The notes beneath the pieces are model-generated. The model saw only the letters and a list, made by a program, of their open reading frames with translations. It did no database searches and was not told where the DNA came from. Below are positions 39,423 to 47,503 of a stretch of DNA of 64,000 nucleotides, piece after piece. The position numbers were made by a program, and so were the translations under genes. The DNA lies in NCBI GenBank assembly GCA_012837335.1, contig DURM01000058.1, forward strand, positions 8,279-72,278. The letters are read 5' to 3'. This DNA comes from Bacillota bacterium (GTDB lineage: Bacteria; Bacillota; Limnochordia; Darwinibacteriales; DTU012). Numbering within the stretch: the first letter of the stretch is position 1; the number at the start of each line of letters is the position of its first letter.

Positions 39423-39689
39423 ATGCAGACAAATATGAATCAACTCGATCAAATCAAGCTCAATCTGGATGCATGTGTTGGCAAAAAGATCAAACTAAAG
39501 GCGAACAAAGGGCGCAAGAAAATCGTAGAAGCAGAAGGAATTCTGGAAAATACCTACCCAAACATTTTTGTGATTAAGCTGGATAAATCCAGCGCAATTA
39601 AAAGACTTTCCTACACCTACGCAGATATCCTGACCGAGACTGTAGAACTAACCATCGACAACAACCGCATTGGCACAGTAGGACTTTAG
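39423..39689 (+). CDS. veg: Veg protein (biofilm/sporulation-associated small DNA-binding protein)
   Basis: ..LDACVGKKIKLKANKGRKKIVEAEGILENTYPNIFVIKLD...LSYTYADILTETVELT matches Veg. The ATG at 39423 has a GGAAGGTGA SD; the longer ORF-track start at 39381 lacks one. Confidence 0.85.
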   Translation: MQTNMNQLDQIKLNLDACVGKKIKLKANKGRKKIVEAEGILENTYPNIFVIKLDKSSAIKRLSYTYADILTETVELTIDNNRIGTVGL

Positions 39690-39698
39690 AGTTATGAA

Positions 39699-39724
39699 GC
39701 ATCGTGAAAACGGTGCTTTTTTTA
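39699..39724 (+). terminator. Rho-independent terminator after veg
   Basis: GCATCG-TGAAAA-CGGTGC followed by TTTTTTT. Confidence 0.7.
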
Positions 39725-39745
39725 ATGGCTCGCTCATAATTTTAA

Positions 39746-41026
39746 ATGAGAGGGCGTGAAGCTGTGTTGAGCAGAAAAAGAAATCTTAGTCTAGGTTCCC
39801 GGGTTTTAAAAATAGGCGCCCGGGGTGCCGATGTGGGACAGCTGCAGCAAAAACTTAAAAGTTTCGGTTACGAGCCTGGTCCGGTTGATCATGTATTCGG
39901 CTATTTAACTCAGGAAGCGCTGGAGTTCTTTCAGCGGGATTATCGCCTCAGAATCGATGGCATTGCCGGCCGAGAAGTTTTTGAGCTGTTAAAGCAGGAT
40001 AAGCTGCCGGTTACCCGGCGCGTGCATGTTGTTCAGCCGGGTGAAACTCTTGCGGAGATCGCTGGCAAATATCAAGTTGGGCCGGAGGCCTTTTTTGATC
40101 ATCATCAGAAAACAATTTATCCTGGACTGCAGCTGGTTTTCTTTGACCGGGAAGTGTGGGGTGTGCATCCTTTTGATCTGCCCGGCAGCAGTTCTTTTGA
40201 TACAAACCAAGACTTAATGACCGGAGTGTTTATTCCCATCAATCCAGAAGCAGGCATCCCGTCCCGGCTGAAATCAATTCCCGGTTCAAAAATAGCTCAG
40301 ATCGAGTTTGCCAGCGAAGAGCTGGTCAGCACACACACCGTCTTAACCAAACGGAAAGTAAGGAAAAACTTTTTTAAGTTTATAAAAGAGGTTTCCGCTG
40401 TAACTGACGGGATCTATCTGGCTTGGGAGCAGATCTCTCGAGTAGATGGCTTCCGCTATTTGCGCTTTCTGCGGCGGTTAAAAAAGCAGCTGGGCAGCAA
40501 ACGTCTGCTTATTGCCCTGACACTTAAGATGCCGCGCTGGAATCTGCTGGGCGGAATTGATTTTACCCAAGTGAGCCGCGCAGTAGATCAGGTTGTGATT
40601 AAGCTTGATACCTCTGATCCGAATTCGTTTGGAGTAGATAAAAATCGGTACGAGCACCTGATCCACCACATGCTCAACTCTGTTCCGGCTTATAAGATTC
40701 TGCTGTCAATTCCAGTTTGGGGCGCTGCCTGGAATCCCACGGAGCCTGCGGCGTGGGAGCGGCTCAGTCACAGTCAAGCTTTAACCACAATTTTTCGGCA
40801 TGGTGCCCGTCCCGATCGGGATGAGGAGGGCGCAGCGTTTTATCGGTATTTCTATCAAGGGGAAGAATGGCGGCTGCAGATCACATCCCTTGACCAGCTG
40901 AATGAAGTTATTGCTCTGGTCAACCGCTATAACTTAGCCGGAATTGTCCTCGATCGACTTGGGGATGAGGATAAACGTTTGTGGCCTAAGCTGGCGTCTC
41001 ATTTCTCGATTAGGAGAAAATTGTAA
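39746..41026 (+). CDS. Spore-type peptidoglycan hydrolase-like protein: PG-binding domain + LysM + GH18-like domain (YaaH/SleL/YdhD-like)
   Basis: 426 aa. PG_binding_1 (..GADVGQLQQKLKSFGY..DGIAG..), LysM (VHVVQPGETLAEIAGKY), C-terminal TIM-barrel-like region with DGIYLAWE at the GH18 DxxDxDxE position. Confidence 0.6.
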   Translation: MRGREAVLSRKRNLSLGSRVLKIGARGADVGQLQQKLKSFGYEPGPVDHVFGYLTQEALEFFQRDYRLRIDGIAGREVFELLKQDKLPVTRRVHVVQPGETLAEIAGKYQVGPEAFFDHHQKTIYPGLQLVFFDREVWGVHPFDLPGSSSFDTNQDLMTGVFIPINPEAGIPSRLKSIPGSKIAQIEFASEELVSTHTVLTKRKVRKNFFKFIKEVSAVTDGIYLAWEQISRVDGFRYLRFLRRLKKQLGSKRLLIALTLKMPRWNLLGGIDFTQVSRAVDQVVIKLDTSDPNSFGVDKNRYEHLIHHMLNSVPAYKILLSIPVWGAAWNPTEPAAWERLSHSQALTTIFRHGARPDRDEEGAAFYRYFYQGEEWRLQITSLDQLNEVIALVNRYNLAGIVLDRLGDEDKRLWPKLASHFSIRRKL

Positions 41027-41111
41027 AAGCCTACCTAAAATGAAACATACTTCCCGGGGGTTGCTCATATATATAACTGAATTTCGGTGTAAACATAAGG
41101 GGGGAGAACAC

Positions 41112-42704
41112 TTGGGTCTCAAAATAAAAGAGGAGATTTTACATGTTGAGAGTTTAGTAGGTGAGAATACAGCACAGACCGTGCTCCAGACCACACTGGA
41201 CTTGTCCAGCTCAGCACCGAGTATTGGCAGAGTTGTGTGGGTAAAAGGCACAGCCGTGATCAGTGATGCAGCGGCAGCTTCGGATAAAGTTAATTTAGAT
41301 GGATATATTGACTTAACTCTGATCTATGCCGCAGAGGATTTCGATGAAGGGCCTGCCAGTTATCAGGTGATTCCATACCGCCAGGCGATTGCTTTCAGCG
41401 ATTATGTAGAAGTAATCGGTGCTGAAGAAGGCATGCGAGTCAGCACCAAAATCGACCTCTTGGGGATAGAGTGGGAGCTGCAGTCTGATCAGCGGGCTGT
41501 AAGTGTCGATGTGTTAGTGCAGTTAACAGCAGAGGTCAAACAGCAGTCCCGGATTCAGGCAGTTACCAGCGCGAGTGTAAAACCGCCTCGCAAACTGGCT
41601 GTGGATGACGGAGTGTTTACGGTTCGCTCACTGCTTAAACCAGTTTTCACTTCGTTGGGTGTAAACCAAGAACTAAGCCTGCCAGAATCGGCGGAACCGA
41701 TTCATTTTATCTTAGACTGCCAGCCAAAGCCGATAATATTAGAGACCGTAATAAACCAGGAGCAGATTACTTTAACAGGCAATCTTAATGTCAATTTAAT
41801 TTATCTTGATGAAAACGGCAGCATCCACTCCAATGCTTTTAAAAATGTGTTCCCGTTTACGGTTTCTGTTCCCAATGAAACAAAGATCACCGATCTAGCG
41901 GTTGAGCCGGAGGTCACAGCCGAGATCAAAACTGTCTTGAGCCCCTCCAGCGGCAGCTTTACCTTAACAGGCGATCTGCGCTTTAAAGTGGCTTTATTTG
42001 AGTCCAAGCAGGTTCGGATTGTGTTTGATCTTGCCGGCTCAGGCGGGTGCGTAGTGGAAACCAGGACTGAACCGGTAATGCTCGATCATTTGGTTAATGA
42101 AAAGACCCAGCAGGCGTCTGCTCAGGGTGTGCTTGAACTCAGCGGCAGCTACCCGCCAATTAGAGAGATTGTTGGCTCGGAAGGCAGAGTTGTCAACTAT
42201 GATTTCCGTGTTGATGACGATAAAGTTTTTGTGGAAGGCTCGATCAGCCTTGAGTTTGCCTACCTAGCCCATATCGAAGATGAGCACAAGCCTCTGTACT
42301 GGGCAGCATTCAATAATGCGGTTCCATTCCAGCAGGTAATCGCCATTGGTGGTGTGCAGCCGGGTATGATTGCTGATTTAGAGATCGAAGTAACCGATCT
42401 AAATCTCGATCTGATTAACCGGGAAACAATTGAAGTAGATGTTACTTACCGCTCGCGGCTTAAGGTAACTGAACCGGTGCAGCGGGAGATTGTAGTGGAA
42501 GCAATTGAAGTGCCTCCCCTGGAGGAGGATCCGCCCACAGTTACCTATGTTTTTGTCAACGAAACCGACACCCTGTGGAAACTGTCTCGGCAGTACCACA
42601 CTTCCCTGGAAGCGATTCTCGAAGCTAACTCTTGGCTGAGAGAAAGGGAGCAGATGCGGCTGCTGCCGCGAGATAAGCTCTGCATACCGCGGAAAGTTTG
42701 GTAA
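41112..42704 (+). CDS. SipL-like sporulation protein (tandem DUF3794-type beta domains + C-terminal LysM; functional analogue of SpoVID)
   Basis: About 530 aa. C-terminal LysM (..TYVFVNETDTLWKLSRQYHTSLEAILEANSW..). Upstream repeats of ~80-aa beta-rich modules. TTG at 41112 has a GGGGGGAG SD. The ORF-track start at 40944 would overlap the previous gene by 83 nt. Confidence 0.55.
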   Translation: MGLKIKEEILHVESLVGENTAQTVLQTTLDLSSSAPSIGRVVWVKGTAVISDAAAASDKVNLDGYIDLTLIYAAEDFDEGPASYQVIPYRQAIAFSDYVEVIGAEEGMRVSTKIDLLGIEWELQSDQRAVSVDVLVQLTAEVKQQSRIQAVTSASVKPPRKLAVDDGVFTVRSLLKPVFTSLGVNQELSLPESAEPIHFILDCQPKPIILETVINQEQITLTGNLNVNLIYLDENGSIHSNAFKNVFPFTVSVPNETKITDLAVEPEVTAEIKTVLSPSSGSFTLTGDLRFKVALFESKQVRIVFDLAGSGGCVVETRTEPVMLDHLVNEKTQQASAQGVLELSGSYPPIREIVGSEGRVVNYDFRVDDDKVFVEGSISLEFAYLAHIEDEHKPLYWAAFNNAVPFQQVIAIGGVQPGMIADLEIEVTDLNLDLINRETIEVDVTYRSRLKVTEPVQREIVVEAIEVPPLEEDPPTVTYVFVNETDTLWKLSRQYHTSLEAILEANSWLREREQMRLLPRDKLCIPRKVW

Positions 42705-42707
42705 AAA

Positions 42708-42735
42708 AATGGGTCACCGACTGACCCATTTTTAA
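42708..42735 (+). terminator. Rho-independent terminator after the SipL-like gene
   Basis: AATGGGTCA-CCGAC-TGACCCATT followed by TTTTAATTT. Confidence 0.75.
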
Positions 42736-42787
42736 TTTACCAAAAAAGGGCAATACTAAACTAGATTTTGTTAAGGAGGATGAAGAG

Positions 42788-43219
42788 ATGCTGGCACTAA
42801 TTACAGCAGCAGTAGCTGGTATTGCCATGGCGGTTCAGGGTTCATTAAACACAGCGTTGAGTAAAAAGATCGGGGTGCTGTCTGGGACTTTTGTAGTCCA
42901 GTTGATCGGCACTGGATTTGCATTGCTTCTGTTATTATTTGGCCTGGGCAGCAGCCGCTGGCAGATGCTGTCTCAGGTTTCCTGGTATAACTACTTGGGA
43001 GGCGTTATCGGTGTTGGCATTGTGTACGGTGTTATTGCCAGCATAGATAAGGTGGGAGTGGCTGCAGCCACCACCGCAATCATTGTTGGCCAGGTATCGA
43101 TGGCCGCCCTGGTTGATCATTTCGGCTGGTTTGGGCTGGAGGCAGTTCCTTTTAATTGGTGGAAAGGTATTGGTATAGTCTTGATGGCAGCCAGCGCTTG
43201 GATGCTTCTGCATAAATAG
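42788..43219 (+). CDS. Small DMT-superfamily membrane protein (DUF606/YdcZ-like)
   Basis: 143 aa, 4-5 TM helices, Gly-rich. Confidence 0.55.
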   Translation: MLALITAAVAGIAMAVQGSLNTALSKKIGVLSGTFVVQLIGTGFALLLLLFGLGSSRWQMLSQVSWYNYLGGVIGVGIVYGVIASIDKVGVAAATTAIIVGQVSMAALVDHFGWFGLEAVPFNWWKGIGIVLMAASAWMLLHK

Positions 43220-43274
43220 AATGCAGGAAAATTCCCCCATGTGCGGAATATTTCTATGGTAATGGGGTGAATTT

Positions 43275-44138
43275 ATGGAAGCAATTGTCGTAAGAGCTCA
43301 TGGCAAAATCAATTTAACCCTGGATGTGCTCAAAAGGCGCTGCGATGGTTACCATGAGATCCGCAGCATTATGCAGTCGATAGCTCTGGCTGATACGGTG
43401 GAGGTTGGTAAAGCCGATGCCGGAATCGATCTCAAGGTGAATATTAACTTTGCCAAACCCGAAGATAATCTAGCTTATCAAGCCGCCAAACTCTTTTTTG
43501 CTGCGGCCAAGATTGAGGGAGGAGCGAGCATCCGTTTGGAAAAACAGCTTCCCTTAGCAGCCGGTTTGGCAGGAGGCAGTGCCGATGCGGCAGCTGTGCT
43601 TTGGGCTTTAAATTATCTGCACGGCGAGCCATTTGTCCTTGAGGAACTGCAGTCCTTGGGGAAAAGGCTGGGAGCCGATGTCCCCTTCTGCCTGCAGGGT
43701 GGAACTCAGCTGGCGGAAGGAATTGGCGAGAAGTTAACTCCGCTTCCTCAGATACCCGAATATCATTTGGTTTTGGTGAAACCAGAGCAGTCGATCAGTA
43801 CAAAGCAGGTTTATCAGGCTCTGGAGCCAAAGCATTTTGGAGATAATTACAGCCACAGAATGGTACAGGCATTACAGCATCAGCAGGACTTTACCGATTG
43901 CTTTGGCAATGTGATGGAGCAGGTCAGCATCGCATTTGTACCTGAGATCAAACTCTGGCGCGAGCGCATGCTGGATGCCGGTGCTTCCGCGAGTTTTATG
44001 TCTGGAAGCGGTCCTACGACCGTGGGCGTTTTTACCTCGTTGGTAAAGGCGGAGCAGTTTATCCGGAACTGGGAACACCAATGCTGGATGACTGTAACAA
44101 AGCCGTATAATCATGGGATTTCAGTCGTAAAGGAATAG
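43275..44138 (+). CDS. ispE: 4-diphosphocytidyl-2-C-methyl-D-erythritol kinase
   Basis: 287 aa GHMP kinase. ..HGKINLTLDVL.RR.DGYHE.., PLAAGLAGGSADAAA. Confidence 0.88.
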   Translation: MEAIVVRAHGKINLTLDVLKRRCDGYHEIRSIMQSIALADTVEVGKADAGIDLKVNINFAKPEDNLAYQAAKLFFAAAKIEGGASIRLEKQLPLAAGLAGGSADAAAVLWALNYLHGEPFVLEELQSLGKRLGADVPFCLQGGTQLAEGIGEKLTPLPQIPEYHLVLVKPEQSISTKQVYQALEPKHFGDNYSHRMVQALQHQQDFTDCFGNVMEQVSIAFVPEIKLWRERMLDAGASASFMSGSGPTTVGVFTSLVKAEQFIRNWEHQCWMTVTKPYNHGISVVKE

Positions 44139-44151
44139 AGGTGGCACATCA

Positions 44152-44919
44152 ATGCGGGTGGATGCGATCGTCCTTGCAGGTGCGAAAAATGATGGGAAGC
44201 TGCAGGAAATCAGTTCTTGCCAGTACGAAGCACTGATTGAGATTAACAGCAAACCGATGCTCAGCTATGTGATCAGTGCTCTGAAAAAATCAGCGCAGAT
44301 CGGAAAAATAGTTGTGATCGGATATCCTGAATTCCGGGATTACCTGGATGAGGATATTATCCTGCTGGAATGCGGCGAATCGCTGGTGGACAATATCGAA
44401 ATCGGTATGGATTATTTAGGAGCGCGGAATCATGTGCTGGTGGTCACCTCTGATATTCCGATGCTGACTTGCGAGGCAGTAGATGATTTTATCAAGCGCT
44501 GTCAAGGCTATACTGAAGATTTATTTTACCCAATCGTAAGCAAAACCGCTAATGATCAAGTATATCCGGGTGTAAAGAGAACTTATGTTCAGCTTAAGGA
44601 CGGTATTTATACAGGCGGGAACATGGTGTTGATGACGCCTGAGTTTATCCGGGATGCCCGGCATGTGATTCACCATGTAGTCAGACTGCGGAAAAAGCCG
44701 TTTCAAATTGTAAGGCTTTTGGGACTGCGATTTTTAATCAAGTTTGTGCTGCGGCGGTTGACCATTGCCGAAGTAGAGAGCCGGGTTCAGAACCTTTTTG
44801 GGATTAATGCTAAAGCAGTTATCACCGCTTATCCCCAGATCGGTACCGACGTTGATAAACCCACCGATTTGGAATTAGCCCAACGAGTTCTGCATCAAAA
44901 CCAGATCAAGGAGGCATAG
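44152..44919 (+). CDS. MobA-like NTP-transferase domain protein
   Basis: 255 aa. N-terminal ..AIVLAGAKNDGKL.. nucleotidyltransferase fold. Function not assignable. Confidence 0.5.
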   Translation: MRVDAIVLAGAKNDGKLQEISSCQYEALIEINSKPMLSYVISALKKSAQIGKIVVIGYPEFRDYLDEDIILLECGESLVDNIEIGMDYLGARNHVLVVTSDIPMLTCEAVDDFIKRCQGYTEDLFYPIVSKTANDQVYPGVKRTYVQLKDGIYTGGNMVLMTPEFIRDARHVIHHVVRLRKKPFQIVRLLGLRFLIKFVLRRLTIAEVESRVQNLFGINAKAVITAYPQIGTDVDKPTDLELAQRVLHQNQIKEA

Positions 44920-44920
44920 C

Positions 44921-45760
44921 ATGCGGCGGAGCCAGCGAATCGCAGTCATTACCAAACTGCTGATTGATCATCCGAATCAAATATTTACTCTCAATGAAAT
45001 TGCCACAGGGATCGGGTCCGCTAAATCTACAGTCAGTGAAGATTTAGCAGTTATTAAATCAGCGTTTGCCGAAATGAAACTGGGTAGGATTGAAACCATT
45101 ACCGGCGCTGCCGGAGGAGTGCGGTACATACCAAAGCTGTCCAAAGCTGCGCTTGTGGAGCGGGTGGAGAAGATCTGCGCAAAACTGGAGGACCCTGCGC
45201 GAATTCTGGCAGGAGGCTTTATTTATCTGAATGATTTAGCTGCAGATCCCACCTTGATTGGGGAAATTGGCGAGATGTTTGCCGACCGGTTTGCAGGTGC
45301 GGAGCCGGAATATGTAGTAACTGTCGAAACATCAGGGATTCCTCTAGCGGTGATGACCGCCCGCTATTTGAGTGTTCCCTTGGTTGTGGTGAGGCGGACA
45401 TCGCGGGTGAGCGAGGGTTCGGTTTTAACAGTCAACTATGTGTCCGGTTCATCGAATCGGATCCAGACGATGTCGCTAGCCCGCCGAGCACTGCCCGTGG
45501 GTTCCCGGGTGCTGCTCGTGGATGATTTAATGCGGGCAGGCGGTACACTGCGCGGCTTAACGCAGCTGATGGCCGAATTTGAATCTGAAGTTGTGGGTAT
45601 GGGTGTGTTGATTGAGATGGAGGGGCCCGCAGAAAAACTAGTTAAAGATTATGTTTCTTTTATCAACCTTAAGCAGGTTGATCCAGTCAACCACATAGTT
45701 AAAGCCGCTCCATCGGCCTGGATTATCACTAATACAGAAAAGAAATGTGGGGAGGAATAA
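44921..45760 (+). CDS. purR: Purine operon repressor PurR
   Basis: 279 aa. N-terminal wHTH (..IFTLNEIATGIGSAKSTVSEDL..) and PRT domain (..VLLVDDLMRAGGT..). Confidence 0.88.
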   Translation: MRRSQRIAVITKLLIDHPNQIFTLNEIATGIGSAKSTVSEDLAVIKSAFAEMKLGRIETITGAAGGVRYIPKLSKAALVERVEKICAKLEDPARILAGGFIYLNDLAADPTLIGEIGEMFADRFAGAEPEYVVTVETSGIPLAVMTARYLSVPLVVVRRTSRVSEGSVLTVNYVSGSSNRIQTMSLARRALPVGSRVLLVDDLMRAGGTLRGLTQLMAEFESEVVGMGVLIEMEGPAEKLVKDYVSFINLKQVDPVNHIVKAAPSAWIITNTEKKCGEE

Positions 45761-46799
45761 CATGAAACCGATTGAAAGAGTAGCGTTAACACTTCAGCAT
45801 AAAGAAGCCGATCGAGTTCCGGTTTATCCGCTTTTATGCGGCGTATCCAGAAAACTGGTGAATGCATCATATCCGCGCTGGAGCACCGATATGGATGTAT
45901 GCGCTGAAGCCTATGAGAAGGTTACCGAGAAGTTCGATTTAGATGTTATCTGCACACTTATCGACCTTTCGGTAGAAGCTGCCGATTTTGGACAAGAAAT
46001 TATTTATCCGGAAAACGAAGCAGCTCATCCCAATCATAACAACTATATGTTGAAAAATATCGCTGATATCAGCAGTCTGCAGCCGATCAGTTTAAAAAAT
46101 GCCACCAGAATGAACGGCATGGTTCAGCTCTGCGACCGGTTAGTTAAGAGCAAGGGGAAAGAAGTACCGGTGGTAGCGTTTGTCTTTGGTCCTTTAGGCG
46201 TATTAAGCATGATGCGGGGACAGAGCAATCTGTTTATGGATATCTTTGATGATCCTGATGCTGTCAAGAATGGTGTGGCAGCTGTTACCGAAACACTGCT
46301 CGATTATGTCGATGCTCTGGCTGCTACAGGTGTAAACGCCATTATGCTCGATACCCTCTTCGCTTCTCAGTCGATCATGAGCAAAGCCATGTGGCTGGAA
46401 TTTGAGGGCCAGTATGTAAAGCGGATTGCTGAGCGCATTCGTAAGCACGGCTGCCAGGTCATGATCCATAACTGCGGCAACGGCATTTATTTTGATGCTC
46501 AAATTGAAACCATGCAGCCAACAGCGATCTCGTACCTCCACATTCCCGACGACTGTCAATCCCACCAGGAAGTTAAGGAGAAATATGGAGACAAAGTAAC
46601 CCTGATCGGACATATTCCGCCTACTTGGCTTTTAACTGCCACTCGAGAGGAACTTGAGGAAGAATGCCGCCGAGAAATTGATACTTACAAAGCGGGCGGT
46701 GGATTTATCCTGGCTACCGGATGTGAGTATCCAGCTAACTTAGGATTCGAGCACGCTGAGACGATCGTCAGAATGGCTAAGGAATACGGGAAGTATTAA
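45747..46799 (+). CDS. Uroporphyrinogen-decarboxylase-family methyltransferase (MtaA/CmuA-like methylcobamide methyltransferase)
   Basis: 350 aa. ..ERVALTLQHKEADRVPVYPLL.. UroD/MtaA N-terminal signature. Confidence 0.65.
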   Translation: MGRNNMKPIERVALTLQHKEADRVPVYPLLCGVSRKLVNASYPRWSTDMDVCAEAYEKVTEKFDLDVICTLIDLSVEAADFGQEIIYPENEAAHPNHNNYMLKNIADISSLQPISLKNATRMNGMVQLCDRLVKSKGKEVPVVAFVFGPLGVLSMMRGQSNLFMDIFDDPDAVKNGVAAVTETLLDYVDALAATGVNAIMLDTLFASQSIMSKAMWLEFEGQYVKRIAERIRKHGCQVMIHNCGNGIYFDAQIETMQPTAISYLHIPDDCQSHQEVKEKYGDKVTLIGHIPPTWLLTATREELEEECRREIDTYKAGGGFILATGCEYPANLGFEHAETIVRMAKEYGKY

Positions 46800-47503
46800 T
46801 GGTCAAAATCAAAAGATTTGACCCCGGTATAGGCCGCCGCCTGCCGCGGGAGATTGTCCTAAAAGGGATCGGCTATCCCAAAGCTGAGTTGGCTCCGCAG
46901 GAGCTGATTAATTTAACTGACGAGTACATTGAGGCTGCGGTAGAGTATGCCGATCCGGCGGTGGTTTACCGTCTGAGCAGTTTTTGGGTGGAGGAACCAA
47001 ATCAAGTGCGGCTCGCGGATGAACTGATCATCCGCAGCGAGCGGCTGTACGATACTGTCAAAGCATGCGATGGACTGGTGGTTGGTCTGATAACCCTGGG
47101 TGCTGATGTGGACAAAAGAATTAAAGCTGTTTCTGACCAGGATGTTTTCGGCAGCTATCTTCTCGATGTAATTGGTTCCTTTGTTTTGGAAATGGTGGCG
47201 CAGCAGTGGTGGCAGGAGCTTACCGCTGAGCTCAAGCAGCAGGGATTTAATACGTCTAGTTTTGTATCGCCCGGTTCAGCTGTTTTTCCTTTAGAGGAAC
47301 AGAAGCAGATTTTCGCATTCCTGCGCCCGGAGCAGATCGGAGTCAGCTTAACGGCTTCCTATTTGATGCAGCCATCTAAGTCCCTGTCTGTGGTAATCGG
47401 TTACGGCAGAAACATCGCGCAGGCAAAATACAGCCATGACTGTTCCGCCTGCGATATGACTGACTGTTTAATCAGGGGCATTCATCTTGATTTGAGCGAG
47501 TGA
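46799..47503 (+). CDS. Small protein with C-terminal CxxCx4C motif, possibly of the vitamin-B12-dependent methionine-synthase activation-domain-like family (tentative)
   Basis: 234 aa. C-terminal ..HDCSACDMTDC... Translationally coupled to both flanking genes (ATGG/ATGA overlaps). Confidence 0.4.
   Translation: MVKIKRFDPGIGRRLPREIVLKGIGYPKAELAPQELINLTDEYIEAAVEYADPAVVYRLSSFWVEEPNQVRLADELIIRSERLYDTVKACDGLVVGLITLGADVDKRIKAVSDQDVFGSYLLDVIGSFVLEMVAQQWWQELTAELKQQGFNTSSFVSPGSAVFPLEEQKQIFAFLRPEQIGVSLTASYLMQPSKSLSVVIGYGRNIAQAKYSHDCSACDMTDCLIRGIHLDLSE

Noticed and set aside
39359-39577. 72-aa ORF overlapping the veg start, and the extended 102-aa ORF-track version of veg
   Set aside because: Veg homology begins at the ATG at 39423, which has a strong SD. 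The overlapping frame has no homology or SD.
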